Of a stretch of 64,000 nt of DNA, positions 1 through 13,711 are shown in pieces (the stretch's first letter is position 1; every line of letters starts with the position of its first letter). This DNA comes from Eledone cirrhosa. Taxonomy: Eukaryota. The translations under genes and the position numbers were made by a program. The notes under the pieces were generated by a model, which worked only from the letters and a program-made list of their open reading frames with translations, did not search any database and was not told where the DNA came from. Where the stretch lies: the NCBI GenBank assembly GCA_964016885.1, contig OZ024748.1, positions 44,702,001 to 44,766,000 of the forward strand. Direction: 5' to 3'.

Positions 1-51
1 ATATATATATACACGTATATATATATATACATATACACGTATATACACACG

Positions 52-126
<75 letters not shown>

Positions 127-148
127 GTATATATATATATATACACAC

Positions 149-190
<42 letters not shown>

Positions 191-345
191 GTATCTATAT
201 ATATATACACACGTATATATATGTATATATATACACGTATATACATATATATATATATATATATACACCATAATTAACCGAATATATATATATATACACA
301 CACGCACATATACGGTGATTAACCGAATACTACTACTACTACTAC

Positions 346-401
<56 letters not shown>
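1..401. repeat. (TA)n microsatellite with CA/CG interruptions
   Basis: Direct dinucleotide runs; similar (TA)n, (CA)n and (GA)n tracts recur throughout the window and generate the [12 protein letters not shown] pseudo-ORFs. Confidence 0.98.
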
Positions 402-402
<1 letters not shown>

Positions 403-781
403 CCTGGTTAACAAGAGTGTATGATTAAAAGAGAGCGATCGTGATGTACAACAGTAACAACAACAGCAACAGCATACCATTAATAATCCCTTCTTAATAA
501 TAAACAATAACACGAGATAAACACTATTTTAAATCTTTCGAATGAACGACTACAGGCATGTATATATATATATATATATATACATATATACATACATGTA
601 TATATATGTATGTATTTATATGTAATTATTATATACATGTTAATAATTCCTGGCTGCTTTCCATGGTTTTTACTAATAATAACAACAATAGTAATATCAA
701 TAACATCAGATTAATTAGTGTATTAGTGAGAAATAATAACAATTATTTTAAAATGTGTGTTGAAAAAGATTGAGTGAATGA

Positions 782-859
<78 letters not shown>

Positions 860-869
860 CTGTGTATAT

Positions 870-910
<41 letters not shown>

Positions 911-1104
911 TATATATAGATATATATACTTAATTAAGAATTTCTGCAGAGAAAGAGAGTGGATGAGTGCGTATATGTGTATGCATATAGTGTGAGAGTG
1001 AGGTGTATATAGTGTGTGTAGATAACTATATATATATATATATAAGAATCTCTGTAGGGAGAGAGAGAGAGGGATTGAATGAGTGTGAGTATATGTATAT
1101 ATAA

Positions 1105-1167
1105 ATAAATAAATAAATAAATACATACATACATACATACATACATACATACATAAAGAAAGAGGTA

Positions 1168-1223
<56 letters not shown>

Positions 1224-1267
1224 TACCTCTTTCTTTATGTATGTATGTATGTATGTATGTATGTATG

Positions 1268-1282
<15 letters not shown>
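1105..1282. repeat. Near-perfect palindrome centred on a (TA)n tract
   Basis: Left arm (AAAT)n(ACAT)n-aaagaaagaggtatgtgtgtg is the reverse complement of right arm cacacacatacctctttcttt-(ATGT)n(ATTT)n. Confidence 0.9.
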
Positions 1283-1316
<34 letters not shown>

Positions 1317-1654
1317 GAGTGTCTATAGAGTGCATGTAGATATAAAATAATAATAATATATATATATATATATTTATACTTACGTAGAATAATTGCCAAC
1401 TACATCATTGCTGTCAGGGAAAACAGACATGTTTTAAAAAAAAGCCAAACTTCTTCCCTCTTCAGGTATTATAGATATATAGATAATAATAATATGGTCC
1501 CATATCTTTTCACTGAAATGGTTCGACGTTCCGATTCTTCTAAAATACTCTTCTAATTATTTTACTTCTTGTATATATTATAATTTCTGCTGCTGTTTAC
1601 TGCTACCTTCTCAGAATCTAATTCTTTCTACTTCTTTTTCTTCTTCTTTATTTA

Positions 1655-1768
1655 TCTGTCTGTCTGTCTCTGTCCACCTCTCTCTCTCTCTTCTTCCTTC
1701 TATCTGTCTATCTCCTCTTTTCTCTCTCTTCTTCCTTCTATCTGTCTCTCTCTCTCTTCTTCCTTCTA

Positions 1769-1803
<35 letters not shown>

Positions 1804-2000
1804 TCTTCCTTCTACCTGTCTCCCTCTCTTCTTCCTTCTATCTGTCTCTCTCGCTTCTTCATTCTATCTCTCTCTCTCTCTTCTTCCTTCTATCTGTCTC
1901 CCTCTCTTCTTCCTTCTATCTCTCTCTCTCTCTTTTTCCTTCTATCTCTCTCTCTCTCTTCTTCCTTCTATCTGTCTCCCTCTCTTCTTCCTTCTATCTG

Positions 2001-2033
<33 letters not shown>

Positions 2034-2290
2034 ACTTCCTTCTATCTGTCTCTTCTTCCCGCCTGTCTCTCTCTTCTTCCTCCTATCACTCTCCCTCTTC
2101 TTCCTTCTATCTGTCTCTCTCTTCTTCCTGTCTCTCTCTCTCTCCCCTTCACCCTCTCTCTCTCTCTCGCCCTGTCTCTCTCTCCTTCCTTCTGTCTATC
2201 TGTCTCTCTCTCTTCTTCCTTCTCTTTGTCTGTCTCTCTCTCTCCTTTCTTCTGTCTCTCTCTCTCTCCTTCTTTCTGTCTCTCCATCTT
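1655..2290. repeat. Polypyrimidine compound minisatellite (ttcttccttctatctgtctctc-type units)
   Basis: Recurrent cttccttctatctgtc motif separated by (CT)n. Confidence 0.9.
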
Positions 2291-2678
2291 TCTTACGTCT
2301 ACCTTCCTAGTTTTTCTCCTTTTCCTCTTTATTCTTCTTATACTACTTCTACTCTATCTAATTATTCTTTATTTATCTGTTTGTCTATTTTTCCTTCCTT
2401 ATTTCTTCCTTTCTTTCTTTCTTTATTTCTACCTCCCTGGTACTTCTTGTTCTCTTCTTCACCTTATTCTTATACTCTATCTAATTCTTCCTCTCTATTA
2501 AGTCTTAGTCTTTCTCTCTCTTGTTATTCTCACGACGGTAAATTACTCCTTATTCTTATACTCTATCTAATTCTTCCTCGCTATTAAATCTTAGTCTTTC
2601 TCTCTCTTGTTATTCTCACGACGGTGAACTTCTCCACCAAGACGAAGTTGCGACTGTCGCACAACTCGCACATATCTT

Positions 2679-2710
<32 letters not shown>

Positions 2711-2712
2711 CA

Positions 2713-2749
<37 letters not shown>

Positions 2750-2826
2750 CTATATCTCCCTCTCTCTCTATATATATATATACATATATATATCTTTCTC
2801 TCTCTCTCTATGTCTCTCTATATATA

Positions 2827-2930
<104 letters not shown>

Positions 2931-2994
2931 TCTCTCTGTCTATCTATCGAGTTTACACGTGCACTCAATCATGCATAGAGAAACGTAGACGTAA

Positions 2995-3060
<66 letters not shown>

Positions 3061-3593
3061 GTGTGCGTGTGTATCGATATGTATATAATAGCCTGTCGTT
3101 CTCTCTCTCTCTCTCTCTGTCTTTTTATATAAAACACTTGTCTCTTTATTATTATTGTCGCTGTTTCTTTACGCGGCCCTTAATTTCAAATGATGTTAAA
3201 AAGTGGGTCCTTGAGTTGTAGAGTGTGGGAGGTAAGGTGTTAACAAAAATAAACAAACACAGACACACACATAGACGAACACACACACATACACAGAGAC
3301 AAACACACACACACACACACATACACACATAAACACTCGAACCATTTACTGCAAGAAGGAATATTTAGACAAGGTGGAACCCAAACGCAGACACACACAC
3401 ACACATATATATATATATACATACACACATGCACACACACATATATATACATATACATACACACATAATATAATATAAAGAAAAAAAAACGAGGTTTCAC
3501 CGAATCACCTATATATATATATATATATATATATATAACACCTGAAAATAATTCTTATATATAAATAATATAATTTATTATAATCATAATGAC

Positions 3594-3639
<46 letters not shown>

Positions 3640-3758
3640 TATATTTTAATATAGATGAGATTCTACAGGACTAGAACTGTTTCATTCTTTAGAAATCATC
3701 ATATGTCATTATGATTATAATAAGTTATATTATTTATATATATATATATATATATATG

Positions 3759-3856
3759 AGGTTAACTTTGCCTTTCATCCTTACGGGGTCGATAAAATAT
3801 AGTACCAGTAATGTACTGGGTTATTGCTGGCCTTGTGCCAAAAGTAGATACAATTA
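3759..3856 (+). mobile_element. SINE family B, 3' part
   Basis: gaggttaactttgcctttcatccttacggggtcgataaaat...ggccttgtgccaaaagtaga matches the other copies in the window. Confidence 0.85.
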
Positions 3857-3858
3857 GT

Positions 3859-3891
<33 letters not shown>

Positions 3892-3912
3892 GTTATGTAA
3901 TAAACAACATAA

Positions 3913-3951
<39 letters not shown>

Positions 3952-4065
3952 ATATATATATATATATATATAATATTTATATATATATATATAAATAGAA
4001 ACAATTATTTATATATATATATATTATTTATATATATATATTATTTATATATCGAACCCAGGATA

Positions 4066-4138
<73 letters not shown>

Positions 4139-4280
4139 TATCCTGAGTTCGATCGGGGATAGCCACAGTAAGGTACTCAAGACATAGCAGAGTATAAATA
4201 TTAATATAGAAATGGCTTCAAGAAGGATTAGAACTGTTTAATTCGGAAGAAATCATATATTTATATAATATATATATATA

Positions 4281-4388
4281 TAATTGTTTCTACTTTCGGC
4301 ACAAGGCCAGCAATTATCTCAATGTATTACTGGTACTTTATTTTATCGACCCCGTAAGGATGAAAGGCAAAGTTAACCTAGGCGGGAT
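4281..4388 (-). mobile_element. SINE family B, 3' part
   Basis: Reverse complement of the 3759-3856 sequence. Confidence 0.85.
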
Positions 4389-4709
4389 AATGGTTAATAA
4401 TATTGTTATAATATTGTGGTGATCCCCTTTCTATAGGAATCTATACGTCATGGAGAGAGGTAGTTAGATCAGGTAGAGAAAGATTATAGAAGCAATGGCA
4501 GGGGGAGGGGGGGATGAGGGTAAGACAGAGGGGGGAAAGGAATCGGTGAGAGAGAGCGAATAATTAAGGTGTCGAGGGGTGCTTAGAGATGAAGGGAGAG
4601 GAAAAGATATAGAGAGGTAGTGAGTGTCATAGAGGAAGAGAGAGAGAAAGAAGAGGGATGTTTGGAGAGGAAGGGAGAGGAAAAGATATAGAAAGGCGCT
4701 GAGTATGAA

Positions 4710-4740
<31 letters not shown>

Positions 4741-5398
4741 AGAACAGGGGAAGAAAATATAGAAGAAAAGAGAAGACGAAGAGAGAAGAGAGATAAGCTA
4801 TAGGGAAGTAGCGAGAAAGAGAAAAAAATAAACAGATAGATAGATAAATAGTGAGAGAGAAGGGGGAAGTGAAGACAGGTGTCTGCGAGAGAGAAAGAAT
4901 AAAACATGGCAAGAGAGGGGGGCAGAATGTTATAAAAGAATGTGCCCCTCTCTCTATCTCTTCACGTTTTTATAGAAGAGAGAGAGAGAGAGAGAAGCCA
5001 GGTGTCTGCGAGAGAGACAGAGTAAGACACAATAAGAGAGGGGGAGGAAGAGGGTAACTTAATAGAAATTATTCGGTCCTCCTTCTTTCTCTTTATCTAT
5101 TTCCACCTTCGATTTTATAAAATAGTGTGAGTGACGGTGTGAGGCTAACGAGTGAAGACTTGAGTGACAGTGAGGAGTTGAGTGAGAGGGTGATCTGGTC
5201 AGTGCAGGAGACAACCACCACCACCACTGCTACTACTACTATTGTTGTTACTACTACTACTAATACACACACTACTATTTCTAGTACTACTACTACTGAT
5301 ACTATTTCTACTACCACCATTGCTAGTAGTAGTAGTAGTAGTAGTAGTAGTTATTTTGTAATAGTGAAACTACTGAATCGAATGCGCTTGGTTGCTGA

Positions 5399-8300
5399 TG
5401 GTGGTGGTGGTGGTGGTGGTGGTGTGTTCTATATAGTGTTGTAATGGTGGTGGTGGTGGTGGTGGTGGTGGTGTGTTCTATATAGTGTTGTAATGGTGGT
5501 GGTGGTGGTGGTGGTGGTGGTGGTGTGTTCTATATAGTGTTGTAATGGTGGTGGTGGTGGTGGTGGTGGTGGTGTGTTCTATATAGTGTCGTAATGGTGG
5601 TGATGGTGGTGGTGTGTTCTATATAGTGTTGTAATGGTGGTGGTGGTGGTGGTGTGTTCTATATAGTGTTGTAATGGTGGTGGTGGTGGTGGTGGTGGTG
5701 GTGGTGTGTTCTATATAGTGTTGTAATGGTGGTGGTGGTGGTGGTGGTGGTGGTGTGTTCTATATAGTGTCGTAATGGTGGTGATGGTGGTGGTGTGTTC
5801 TATATAGTGTTGTAATGGTGGTGGTGGTGGTGGTGTGTTCTATATAGTGTTGTAATGGTGGTGGTGGTGGTGGTGGTGGTGGTGGTGTGTTCTATATAGT
5901 GTTGTAATGGTGGTGGTGGTGGTGGTGGTGGTGGTGTGTTCTATATAGTGTCGTAATGGTGGTGATGGTGGTGGTGTGTTCTATATAGTGTTGTAATGGT
6001 GGTGGTGGTGGTGGTGTGTTCTATATAGTGTTGTAATGGTGGTGGTGGTGGTGGTGGTGGTGTGTTCTATATAGTGTTGTAATGGTGGTGGTGGTGTGTT
6101 CTATATAGTGTTGTAATGGTGGTGGTGGTGGTGTGTTCTATATAGTGTTGTAATGGTGGTGGTGGTGGTGGTGGTGTGTTGTAATGGTGGTGGTGGTGGT
6201 GGTGGTGGTGTGTTCTATATAGTGTTGTAATGGTGGTGGTGGTGGTGGTGGTGTGTTCTATATAGTGTTGTAATGGTGGTGGTGGTGGTGGTGAGTTCTA
6301 TATAGTGTTGTAATGGTGGTGGTGGTGGTGTGTTCTATATAGTGTTGTAATGGTGGTGGTGGTGGTGGTGGTGTGTTCTATATAGTGTTGCAATGGTGGT
6401 GGTGGTGGTGGTGAGTTCTATATAGTGTTGTAATGGTGGTGGTGGTGGTGGTGGTGTGTTCTATATAGTGTTGTAATGGTGGTGGTGGTGGTGGTGTGTT
6501 CTATATAGTGTTGTAATGGTGGTGGTGGTGGTGGTGGTGTGTTCTATATAGTGTTGTAATGGTGGTGGTGGTGGTGGTGGTGTGTTCTATATAGTGTTGT
6601 AATGGTGGTGGTGGTGGTGGTGGTGTGTTCTATATAGTGTTGTAATGGTGGTGGTGGTGGTGGTGGTGTGTTCTATATAGTGTTGTAATGGTGGTGGTGG
6701 TGGTGGTGGTGTGTTCTATATAGTGTTGTAATGGTGGTGGTGGTGTGTTCTATATAGTGTTGTAATGGTGGTGGTGGTGGTGGTGTGTTCTATATAGTGT
6801 CGTAATGGTGGTGGTGGTGGTGGTGGTGTGTTCTATATAGTGTTGTAATGGTGGTGGTGGTGTGTTCTATATAGTGTTGTAATGGTGGTGGTGGTGGTGG
6901 TGTGTTCTATATAGTGTCGTAATGGTGGTGGTGGTGGTGGTGTGTTCTATATAGTGTTGTAATGGTGGTGGTGGTGGTGGTGTGTTCTATATAGTGTTGT
7001 AATGGTGGTGGTGGTGGTGGTGTGTTCTATATAGTGCTGTAATGGTGGTGGTGGTGGTGTGTTCTATATAGTGTCGTAATGGTGGTGGTGGTGGTGGTGT
7101 GTTCTATATAGTGTCGTAATGGTGGTGGTGGTGGTGGTGGTGTGTTCTATATAGTGTTGTAATGGTGGTGGTGGTGTGTTCTATATAGTGTTGTAATGGT
7201 GGTGGTGGTGGCGGTGTGTTCTATATAGTGTTGTAATGGTGGTGGTGGTGGTGGTGTGTTCTATATAGTGTTGTAATGGTGGTGGTGGTGGTGTGTTCTA
7301 TATAGTGTTGTAATGGTGGTGGTGGTGGTGGTGTGTTCTATATAGTGTTGTAATGGTGGTGGTGGTGGTGGTGTGTTCTATATAGTGTCGTAATGGTGGT
7401 GGTGGTGGTGTGTTCTATATAGTGTCGTAATGGTGGTGGTGGTGGTGGTGGTGGTGTGTTCTATATAGTGTTGTAATGGTGGTGGTGGTGGTAGTGTGTT
7501 CTCTATAGTGTCGTAATGGTGGTGGTGGTGGTGGTGTGTTCTATATAGTGTTGTAATGGTGGTGGTGGTGGTGGTGTGTTCTATATAGTGTTGTAATGGT
7601 GGTGGTGGTGGTGGTGGTGGTGTGTTCTATATAGTGTTGTAATGGTGGTGGTGGTGGTGGTGTGTTCTATATAGTGTTGTAATGGTGGTGCTGGTGGTGG
7701 TGGTGTGTTGTAATGGTGGTGGTGGTGGTGGTGGTGGTGTGTTCTATATAGTGTTGTAATGGTGGTGGTGGTGGTGGTGGTGTGTTCTATATAGTGTTGT
7801 AATGGTGGTGGTGGTGGTGGTGAGTTCTATATAGTGTTGTAATGGTGGTGGTGGTGGTGTGTTCTATATAGTGTTGTAATGGTGGTGGTGGTGGTGGTGG
7901 TGTGTTCTATATAGTGTTGCAATGGTGGTGGTGGTGGTGGTGAGTTCTATATAGTGTTGTAATGGTGGTGGTGGTGGTGGTGGTGTGTTCTATATAGTGT
8001 TGTAATGGTGGTGGTGGTGGTGGTGTGTTCTATATAGTGTTGTAATGGTGGTGGTGGTGGTGGTGGTGTGTTCTATATAGTGTTGTAATGGTGGTGGTGG
8101 TGGTGGTGGTGTGTTCTATATAGTGTTGTAATGGTGGTGGTGGTGGTGGTGGTGTGTTCTATATAGTGTTGTAATGGTGGTGGTGGTGGTGGTGGTGTGT
8201 TCTATATAGTGTTGTAATGGTGGTGGTGGTGGTGGTGAGTTCTATATAGTGTTGTAATGGTGGTGGTGGTGGTGGTGGTGTGTTCTATATAGTGTTGTAA

Positions 8301-11300
8301 TGGTGGTGGTGGTGGTGGTGGTGTGTTCTATATAGTGTTGTAATGGTGGTGGTGGTGTGTTCTATATAGTGTTGTAATGGTGGTGGTGGTGGTGGTGTGT
8401 TCTATATAGTGTCGTAATGGTGGTGGTGGTGGTGGTGGTGTGTTCTATATAGTGTTGTAATGGTGGTGGTGGTGTGTTCTATATAGTGTTGTAATGGTGG
8501 TGGTGGTGGTGGTGTGTTCTATATAGTGTCGTAATGGTGGTGGTGGTGGTGGTGTGTTCTATATAGTGTTGTAATGGTGGTGGTGGTGGTGGTGTGTTCT
8601 ATATAGTGTTGTAATGGTGGTGGTGGTGGTGGTGTGTTCTATATAGTGCTGTAATGGTGGTGGTGGTGGTGTGTTCTATATAGTGTCGTAATGGTGGTGG
8701 TGGTGGTGGTGTGTTCTATATAGTGTCGTAATGGTGGTGGTGGTGGTGGTGGTGTGTTCTATATAGTGTTGTAATGGTGGTGGTGGTGTGTTCTATATAG
8801 TGTTGTAATGGTGGTGGTGGTGGCGGTGTGTTCTATATAGTGTTGTAATGGTGGTGGTGGTGGTGGTGTGTTCTATATAGTGTTGTAATGGTGGTGGTGG
8901 TGTGTTCTATATAGTGTTGTAATGGTGGTGGTGGTGGCGGTGTGTTCTATATAGTGTTGTAATGGTGGTGGTGGTGGTGGTGTGTTCTATATAGTGTTGT
9001 AATGGTGGTGGTGGTGGTGTGTTCTATATAGTGTTGTAATGGTGGTGGTGGTGGTGGTGTGTTCTATATAGTGTTGTAATGGTGGTGGTGGTGGTGGTGT
9101 GTTCTATATAGTGTCGTAATGGTGGTGGTGGTGGTGTGTTCTATATAGTGTCGTAATGGTGGTGGTGGTGGTGGTGTGTTCTATATAGTGTTGTAATGGT
9201 GGTGGTGGTGGTGGTGGTGGTGTGTTCTATATAGTGTTGTAATGGTGGTGGTGGTGGTGGTGTGTTCTATATAGTGTTGTAATGGTGGTGGTGGTGGTGG
9301 TGGTGGTGTGTTCTATATAGTGTTGTAATGGTGGTGGTGGTGGTGGTGTGTTCTATATAGTGTTGTAATGGTGGTGCTGGTGGTGGTGGTGTGTTCTATA
9401 TAGTGTTGTAATGGTGGTGGTGGTGGTGTTGTGTTCTATATAGTGTCGTAATAGTGGTGGTGGTGGTGGTGGTGGTGTGTTCTATATAGTGTTATAATGG
9501 TGGTGGTGGTGGTGGTGGTGTGTTCTATATAGTGTTGTAATGGTGGTGGTGGTGGTGGTGAGTTCTATATAGTGTTGTAATGGTGGTGGTGGTGGTGTGT
9601 TCTATATAGTGTTGTAATGGTGGTGGTGGTGTGTTCTATATAGTGTTGTAATGGTGGTGGTGGTGTGTTCTATATAATGTTGTAATGGTGGTGCTGGTGG
9701 TGGTGTGTTCTATATAGTGTTGTAATGGTGGTGGTGGTGGTGGTGTGTTCTATATAGTGTTGTAATGGTGGTGGTGGTGCTGGTGCTGGTGTGTTCTATA
9801 TAGTGTTGTAATGGTGGTGGTGGTGGTGGTGTGTTCTATATAGTGCTGTAATGGTGGTGGTGGTGGTGTGTTCTATATAGTGTCGTAATGGTGGTGGTGG
9901 TGGTGGTGTGTTCTATATAGTGTCGTAATGGTGGTGGTGGTGGTGGTGGTGTGTTCTATATAGTGTTGTAATGGTGGTGGTGGTGTGTTCTATATAGTGT
10001 TGTAATGGTGGTGGTGGTGGCGGTGTGTTCTATATAGTGTTGTAATGGTGGTGGTGGTGGTGGTGTGTTCTATATAGTGTTGTAATGGTGGTGGTGGTGG
10101 TGTGTTCTATATAGTGTTGTAATGGTGGTGGTGGTGGTGGTGTGTTCTATATAGTGTTGTAATGGTGGTGGTGGTGGTGGTGTGTTCTATATAGTGTCGT
10201 AATGGTGGTGGTGGTGGTGTGTTCTATATAGTGTCGTAATGGTGGTGGTGGTGGTGGTGTGTTCTATATAGTGTTGTAATGGTGGTGGTGGTGGTGGTGT
10301 GTTCTATATAGTGTTGTAATGGTGGTGGTGGTGGTGGTGTGTTCTATATAGTGTTGTAATGGTGGTGGTGGTGCTGGTGCTGGTGTGTTCTATATAGTGT
10401 TGTAATGGTGGTGGTGGTGGTGGTGTGTTCTATATAGTGTTGTAATGGTGGTGGTGGTGGTGGTGTGTTCTATATAGTGTTGTAATGGTGGTGGTGGTGG
10501 CGGTGGTGGTGTGTTCTATATAGTGTTGTAATGGTGGTGGTGGTGTGTTCTATATAGTGTTGTAATGGTGGTGGTGGTGGTGGTTGTGTGTTCTATATAG
10601 TGTTGTAATGGTGGTGGTGGTGGTGGTGTGTTCTATATAGTGTCGTAATGGTGGTGGTGGTGGTGGTGTGTTCTATATAGTGTTGTAATGGTGGTGGTGG
10701 TGGTGGTGTGTTCTATATAGTGTTGTAATGGTGGTGGTGGCGGTGGTGGTGGTGTGTTCTATATAGTGTTGTAATGGTGGTGGTGGTGGTGGTGTGTTCT
10801 ATATAGTGTCGTAATGGTGGTGGTGGTGGTGGTGCGTTCTATATAGTGTTGTAATGGTGGTGGTGGTGGTGTGTTCTATATAGTGTTGTAATGGTGGTGG
10901 TGGTGTGTTCTATATAGTGTTGTAATGGTGGTGGTGGTGGCGGTGTCTTCTATATAGTGTTGTAATGGTGGTGGTGGTGGTGTGTTCTATATAGTGTTGT
11001 AATGGGGGTGGTGGTGGTGGTGTGTTCTATATAGTGTTGTAATAGTGGTGGTGGTGGTGTGTTCTATATAGTGTTGTAATGGTGGTGGTGGTGGTGGTGT
11101 GTTCTATATAGTGTCGTAATGGTGGTGGTGGTGGTGGTGGTGGTGTGTTCTATATAGTGTCGTAATGGTGGTGGTGGTGGTGGTGGTGGTGTGTTCTATA
11201 TAGTGTTGTAATCGTGGTGGTGGTGGTAGTGTGTTCTATATAGTGTCGTAATGGTGGTGGCGGTGGTGGTGTGTTCTATATAGTGGTGTAATGGTGGTGG

Positions 11301-12937
11301 TGGTGGTGGTGGTGGTGGTGTGTTCTATATAGTGTTGTAATGGTGGTGGTGGTGGTGGTGTGTTCTATATAGTGTTGTAATGGTGGTGGTGGTGTGTTCT
11401 ATATAGTGTCGTAATGGTGGTGGTGGTGGTGTGTTCTATATAGTGTTGTAATGGTGGTGGTGGTGGTGTGTTCTATATAGTGTCGTAATGGTGTTGGTGG
11501 TGGTGGTGGTGTGTTCTATATAGTGTTGTAATGGTGGTGGTGGTGTGTTCTATATAGTGTTGTAATGGTGGTGGTGGTGGCGGTGTCTTCTATATAGTGT
11601 TGTAATGGTGGTGGTGGTGGTGGTGGTGTCTTCTATATAGTGTTGTAATGGTGGTGGTGGTGGTGGTGTGTTCTATATAGTGTCGTAATGGTGGTGGTGG
11701 TGGTGGTGGTGGTGTGTTCTATATAGTGTCGTAATGGTGGTGGTGGTGGTGGTGGTGGTGTGTTCTATATAGTGTTGTAATCGTGGTGGTGGTGGTAGTG
11801 TGTTCTATATAGTGTCGTAATGGTGGTGGCGGTGGTGGTGTGTTCTATATAGTGGTGTAATGGTGGTGGTGGTGGTGGTGGTGGTGGTGTGTTCTATATA
11901 GTGTTGTAATGGTGGTGGTGGTGGTGGTGGTGTGTTCTATATAGTGTTGTAATGGTGGTGGTGGTGGTGGTGTGTTCTATATAGTGTCGTAATGGTGGTG
12001 GTGGTGGTGGTGTGTTCTATATAGTGTTGTAATGGTGGTGGTGGTGGTGGTGTGTTCTATATAGTGTTGTAATGGTGGTGGTGGTGGTGGTGGTGTGTTC
12101 TATATAGTGTTGTAATGGTGGTGGTGGTGGTGTGTTCTATATAGTGTTGTAATGGTGGTGGTGGTGGTGTGTTCTATATAGTGTTGTAATGGTGGTGTGT
12201 TCTATATAGTGTCGTAATAGTGGTGGTGGTGGTGGTGTGTTCTATATAGTGTTGTAATGGTGGTGGTGGTGTGTTCTATATAGTGTTGTAATGGTGGTGG
12301 TGGTGGTGGTGTGTTCTATATAATGTTGTAATGGTGGTGCTGGTGGTGGTGTGTTCTATATAGTGTTGTAATGGTGGTGGTGGTGGTGGTGTGTTCTATA
12401 TAGTGTTGTAATGGTGGTGGTGGTGGTGGTGTGTTCTATATAGTGGTGGTGGTGGTGGTGGTGGTGTGTTCTATATAGTGTTGTAATGGTGGTGGTGGTG
12501 GTGGTGTGTTCTATATAATGTTGTAATGGTGGTGCTGGTGGTGGTGTGTTCTATATAGTGTTGTAACGGTGGTGGTGGTGGTGGTGTGTTCTATATAGTG
12601 TTGTAATGGTGGTGGTGGTGGTGGTGTGTTCTATATAGTGGTGGTGATGGTGGTGGTGGTGTGTTCTATATAGTGTTGTAATGGTGGTGGTGGTGTCTTC
12701 TATATAGTGTTGTAATGGTGGTGGTGGTGGTGGTGTGATCTATATAGTGTCGTAATGGTGGTGGTGGTGGTGGTGTGATCTATATAGTGTCGTAATGGTG
12801 GTGGTGGTGGTGGTGTGATCTATATAGTGTCGTAATGGTGGTGGTGGTGGTGGTGTGATCTATATAGTGTCGTAATGGTGGTGGTGGTGGTGGTGTGATC
12901 TATATAGTGTCGTAATGGTGGTGGTGGTGGTGGTGTG
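5399..12937. repeat. 7.5-kb compound satellite: constant GTGTTCTATATAGTGTTGTAAT motif alternating with variable-length (GGT)n
   Basis: Direct inspection; roughly 180 units estimated from length; only the GGT count and a few diagnostic substitutions vary. Confidence 0.98.
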
Positions 12938-12989
12938 GTTCTGACCCAGTTCTCGCACGGATGGAGATAAAATCATTTAGTGCGTGTTG

Positions 12990-13545
12990 GAGGAGGAGGA
13001 GGAGGAGGAGGTGAGAGGAAGATAGAGAGAGTAAGGACGAAGGGGAGGATGAAAGAAAGAAGCAAGGGTTAGAGAAGAGGAGAGAGGGAGAATGAAAGAT
13101 AATAAGAGGGATGGAGAGAGAGATAGAGAAAACTATACAGAGAGAAGGAAGAGAAGAGAGAGGCGAGAGAGGGTAAGGCAGAGAGAGAGGAGAGAGGAGA
13201 GAGGAGGAAAAAGAATGCGAAGAAGGAGGAAGGAAAAAAAATAGTAGAGAGTCGTGTAAGAAAGTAATGAATGAAGATGAGGAAGGGTGGCAGGAGTGAG
13301 AGAGAGACACAGAGGGAGAGATCGAGAGGAAGAGAGAGGAAAAGCGATACAGAGAGGAAGAGAGAGAGTAAAAAAGAAAGAGACATACAGAGAGGAAGAG
13401 AGAAAGAGAGAGAAAGAGTGAAAAAGAAGGAAGGGGATTGGAGGAAGATTATGAATGAACAAGAAAAAAGAGGAGGAAGGGGAGAAAAAGAAAGCAAACA
13501 GAAAAGAAGGAGGCGGAGGATAAAGAAGATTGGGTAGGAGGAGGT
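12990..13545. repeat. Polypurine (GA-rich) low-complexity tract
   Basis: Almost only G/A on the + strand; similar tracts at 4490-5055 and 16320-16452. Confidence 0.9.
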
Positions 13546-13711
13546 TGTTGTTTAGCCCTAGGTCAGTTTTGATCAAAGCGTTCCAACCGTGACCAACCAA
13601 TTCGTCTTATTTTCAATATATTACCGAGTGTATCATTTACCTTCGTTTTTATTTAAAATGTTTTTTAAAAGATTGGAATTTGACTGTTATTTTTAGCGTA
13701 GATGTAAGGTA

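Noticed and set aside
5399-12937. CRISPR-like array (constant repeat with variable spacers)
   Set aside because: Spacers are only (GGT)n of varying length with no unique sequence; there are no cas genes and the context is eukaryotic
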